Assembly (NCBI GenBank): GCA_001643675.2
Contig: LSRY02000012.1
Span: 992,001 to 1,056,000 of the forward strand
Origin: Monocercomonoides exilis PA203
Lineage: Eukaryota; Protista; Preaxostyla
Direction: 5' to 3'
Length of the DNA stretch: 64,000 nucleotides
Shown here: in pieces, positions 60,777-64,000 of the stretch
Layout of the letters: every line of letters begins with the position of its first letter
How positions within the stretch are numbered: the first letter of the stretch is position 1
Notes under the pieces: generated by a model
The model's database searches: none
Told to the model about the DNA's origin: nothing
The model's input: only the letters and a program-made list of their open reading frames with translations
Position numbers and translations under genes: made by a program

Positions 60777-62171
60777 CAAAATTTCACAGTGTGTAATAAG
60801 TGAAAATAAAAAAACAAACAGTAAATAAATAGAATAAAACTTGTTAAAAAGGATTTTTAAAATGCTGAAAACTATTTCTCATTTCTCGACATTTTGCAAG
60901 CAAAAACAAAAAAAGTGCCAATTAATGAAAAAGTCCCATTAAAAAGTTGACCCTGCTTTGCTTTCTTTTGAATACTGCTTGTTTGCCTCTTCCTCAGCCA
61001 AGCCAGCCCAAGCACCTCCACAGCCAGTTGTCATATCGCTTCTTCCAGCTTCCTGTGATCCTGTTTGATTCTTTCCACGAACTCTTGGTGCGCTATCGGA
61101 GAACATCATTTTGTTGCATTTCCTTCTCCTTCATCTGCCTCTTTTCGCTCATCCAGCACTGTAGATGCAGTCACTGCAGTTAAACTGTATCGCGCAATCC
61201 AACATCATCCATGCTCCATTCATCGCATTTTCTGCAATTTATCCTTCTCTTCGTAATATATGCTTTCCATTTCACTTCTTCAAGCTGATTCGTTGAATTG
61301 CGTGCTGATAGAAGCCATCACAAAATTTTTTGGTAAATCACCATTGGTAACAGAGACGGAGAAAATCGATAAGAAGATTTTCAAAAGCACATTAACTTTT
61401 TCCACTGAAAAGATCCATTTTCCAACCGTCTTTTTGCACACCGAAGCTTAAATCGATGAAAGCACATGAATTGGCAGAATTGAAAATAATCACAGAGGAA
61501 TTTGGAAATATTTTGCAAAGTTCCTTCTCGCCAAATAATCCATAGCTGCCATTCGATGTTGTCATGCTCTGCGACATTTGAAAAGAAAGTATCAACTGTA
61601 AGAGTTTACAACAATGACTACGAAAACTGTTTATCTTCTCCTGCACTCCAGAATAACGAGACAGATCGATATATTGATTCAGCTGAAGGAGATGGGGATA
61701 CGAAGAAGTTGAAGGTGCTCAGCGAAAGGACGTCCAATGAACTGCACCAGCAAAAAGAAGCATTTAAACATATCCCATCACGTGAAGAGGAAGCTTCATT
61801 GTCTATTCAAATAAAACATTAACATTCTGATTATTAAGGTCGACTGCCCTCGAAGCGATTCATATTTGAGCAATTGTTAAAGGAAAAAAATAAAATAAAA
61901 CAAATTAATTAATAGATGTGATGTTTTAACAAACAAAATTATGAATAATCAGTGAAAATAAGTTTTTTTAATTTTTTGAAAACTGACTCAGATTTTCAAT
62001 TAATGATGGATGTGACAAAAATCAAAACAGTTGCAACACATATTTTGGTGCTTGCCTTTAGTTAGCAAAAACTTTAACTTTGATTAATTTTTAAAAATAA
62101 ATCAACTTTTATGTGAAAGATGAAAATGATTCCCATAAAAAGTTAAAAACTATCATAAAAAACATTTAAAA

Positions 62172-64000
62172 ATGAGTTTTGGAAAAATTGAAACTCTTAA
62201 CCAAATCAAAAAATTTTTATTAATTATTCTTTATTGCATCCATAATGTCTGCTCCGAAGATAAGGATTTAGTAGAAGCAGTTGAAAGTGCTCAAAAAACA
62301 GGATCTCCTCCATATCCACGCGAAGGTTCATTCATCCAGTACATAAACAATCCCAAAAGAAAAGGATTATTCATTGGGGGCGGGAGGGATTATGATGGAA
62401 ATGTCATGAAAGATGCATATTTTTTTGATTTAAAGCTTAAATTATGGAATATTGTTGAAACAAATTCACTTGATTTACTCCCTGATCGATATATGTGCAT
62501 ATCATTTTGTACAGAAGATGTTATATATATTTGGGGAGGCCTCAGTTGTTGTGGGTTGACAAAAGAGTTACTTTCATATGATTTTGAAAGAGGCTCTTGG
62601 GAAATCTTCCCGCAATCAGGAAGGATTCCCTGCGAGAGATATGCTCCTTGCAAAGCAGAAACAAAGTCGCGTGTTTATATTTTTGGAGGGCAAGGATCTC
62701 ATGGACTATTAAATGACATATGGGAACTAGACAAACAGACATTTTTGTGGCGATGCCTCCGAGAAAATAATGCTTCAAAAAATCCACCCCCGCTACGCGA
62801 TGGAGGAGCATGCGTGTTCAAAGGTTATTTATTTGTTTATGGAGGACTGACAAGTAATATTGATGACGAGCCAAATGTTTACAGAATAAACTTATCAAAT
62901 CCTGATGATTGCAAATTTATTGAATTAATTTCTTCTCATCATTTTGTTGGAGCTGCTTTTCACTCTGGATTTACGAGTTATGTTACGGAAACGGAGTGCT
63001 ATGGAATTATGTGGAGCGGAAAAGAAGGTTCGTTGAAAGAACCGACAAATAATGCATTTATCTTGAATCTTACCGCTGCTGGATTTGACTCTGACGTTAA
63101 AAATGCAACAACGAATTATATTTATTTTTATTTTTATCCAAGCATTAAAAAATTTGGACCATCATGCACGATGGATGAAGAAGGAACTATTTATGCATTT
63201 GGAGGAAAAGACGAATATTCCGCATCAAACAGAATTTTACAAATGTCAAAAGAAAATTGGTTAAGTGCACAAACCCGAAAAGACATCATTTCACATATGG
63301 CCAATGAATCAGTGCCTTTTGTTAATCCTCAAAAAAATCAAGGTGAAATTGTATCTGAATTGACAAAAGATGCTTTTGAAGTTTCACTTCCTGTGACAAA
63401 GCACAAACTTGCTCAGTTAAGTGGAACTATGGCTGTTATTGGGGGATACAACCCTGAATTAAAGATGATGATGGAAACAAACAGAGAATTTACTCCAAGA
63501 TCAGAGTTCTGGTATAAATATCGTGAATCACGTTATGATTCTGAAAGATGTCCTTCAGTTGCAGAAGCTGCAATTGCTGCATCGAATGGAAGAATTTTTG
63601 TATTTGGCGGAGCGACTTACAATATAAACGGAGGTTTTGCATCAATGAGCAATGATCTTTTTGAATACAATGAAGTCACACAGTCTTGGCAAAAGATAAA
63701 AGTGAAAGGAGAGGAAAAACCACCGAAAATGTGCCGTTCTGGTGCCACAATATATGAATCAATACTGTACATTGTTGGAGGTTGTGATATCGACAATAAT
63801 ATACGTGATGAAGTATGGACATTCAATTTTGCTACATCAGAATGGCACAAAATTATGTTCGCTCTCTCCTCACTTCAGAGGCCAACTGTTTTTGTGAAAA
63901 GCATTATTCCTAGGAAATACTCAATTAATGGTAACAAAAGCAATCATCAACATTTAAAAAATACTCAGAATGGGCGGAAAGTTTTGAATGAAAAAGTTAA
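62172..64000 (+). CDS. Kelch-repeat protein with putative signal peptide, open to the window end (absent from the ORF track)
   Basis: Frame from ATG 62172 reads MSFGKIETLNQIKKFLLIILYCIHNVCS, then repeated kelch blades: LFIGGGRD..DAYFFDL..W, IYIWGG, VYIFGGQG..LNDIWEL..W, LFVYGG, IYAFGG, IFVFGG..NDLFEY..W, LYIVGG..DEVWTF..W. Confidence 0.85.
   Translation, partial: MSFGKIETLNQIKKFLLIILYCIHNVCSEDKDLVEAVESAQKTGSPPYPREGSFIQYINNPKRKGLFIGGGRDYDGNVMKDAYFFDLKLKLWNIVETNSLDLLPDRYMCISFCTEDVIYIWGGLSCCGLTKELLSYDFERGSWEIFPQSGRIPCERYAPCKAETKSRVYIFGGQGSHGLLNDIWELDKQTFLWRCLRENNASKNPPPLRDGGACVFKGYLFVYGGLTSNIDDEPNVYRINLSNPDDCKFIELISSHHFVGAAFHSGFTSYVTETECYGIMWSGKEGSLKEPTNNAFILNLTAAGFDSDVKNATTNYIYFYFYPSIKKFGPSCTMDEEGTIYAFGGKDEYSASNRILQMSKENWLSAQTRKDIISHMANESVPFVNPQKNQGEIVSELTKDAFEVSLPVTKHKLAQLSGTMAVIGGYNPELKMMMETNREFTPRSEFWYKYRESRYDSERCPSVAEAAIAASNGRIFVFGGATYNINGGFASMSNDLFEYNEVTQSWQKIKVKGEEKPPKMCRSGATIYESILYIVGGCDIDNNIRDEVWTFNFATSEWHKIMFALSSLQRPTVFVKSIIPRKYSINGNKSNHQHLKNTQNGRKVLNEKV

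Noticed and set aside
60209-60779. Pair of similar small ORFs on opposite strands, resembling paralogous genes
   Set aside because: Explained by the inverted repeat; AT-rich, with no coding-like composition.
60950-61830. GC-richer segment with short ORFs
   Set aside because: Probably a pseudogene fragment; no family identifiable.
1-64000. tRNA, rRNA, CRISPR arrays, telomeric repeats
   Set aside because: None recognised by eye. The repeats present are microsatellites or inverted repeats without unique spacers.

Overview
Eukaryotic protist genomic DNA using the standard genetic code, with short AT-rich GT-AG introns and exons rich in poly-Ser/Glu tracts. This style, plus a lineage-specific multicopy gene family, suggests an oxymonad such as Monocercomonoides (inference). 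All protein family calls are from recalled motifs; no searches were run. Gene content: a three-repeat type-I surface protein, a hypothetical protein, TSG101/Vps23, importin-alpha-like, NEK kinase, a PH-like AGC kinase, ASPSCR1/TUG, a C2-less CEP120-like gene, a SPRY protein, four consecutive flagellar/centriolar genes (CFAP91, CCDC138-like, FSIP1-like, PIERCE), CIA2, UPRT, and a secreted kelch protein running off the window end. Mobile DNA: two decayed pogo-like transposons, each with a 48-bp intron at the same position, and a pogo-type MITE whose empty site is visible in a neighbouring ~312-bp repeat unit. The most unusual signal is a set of apparently related non-coding foldback (hairpin) elements: a >=649-bp-arm perfect palindrome at the window start, two 244-bp hairpins flanking one transposon, a 55-bp collapsed copy, and a diverged ~510-bp copy. 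They are linked by TGT...ACA ends, shared arm sequence and an AATAA(C/T)TGCA core.
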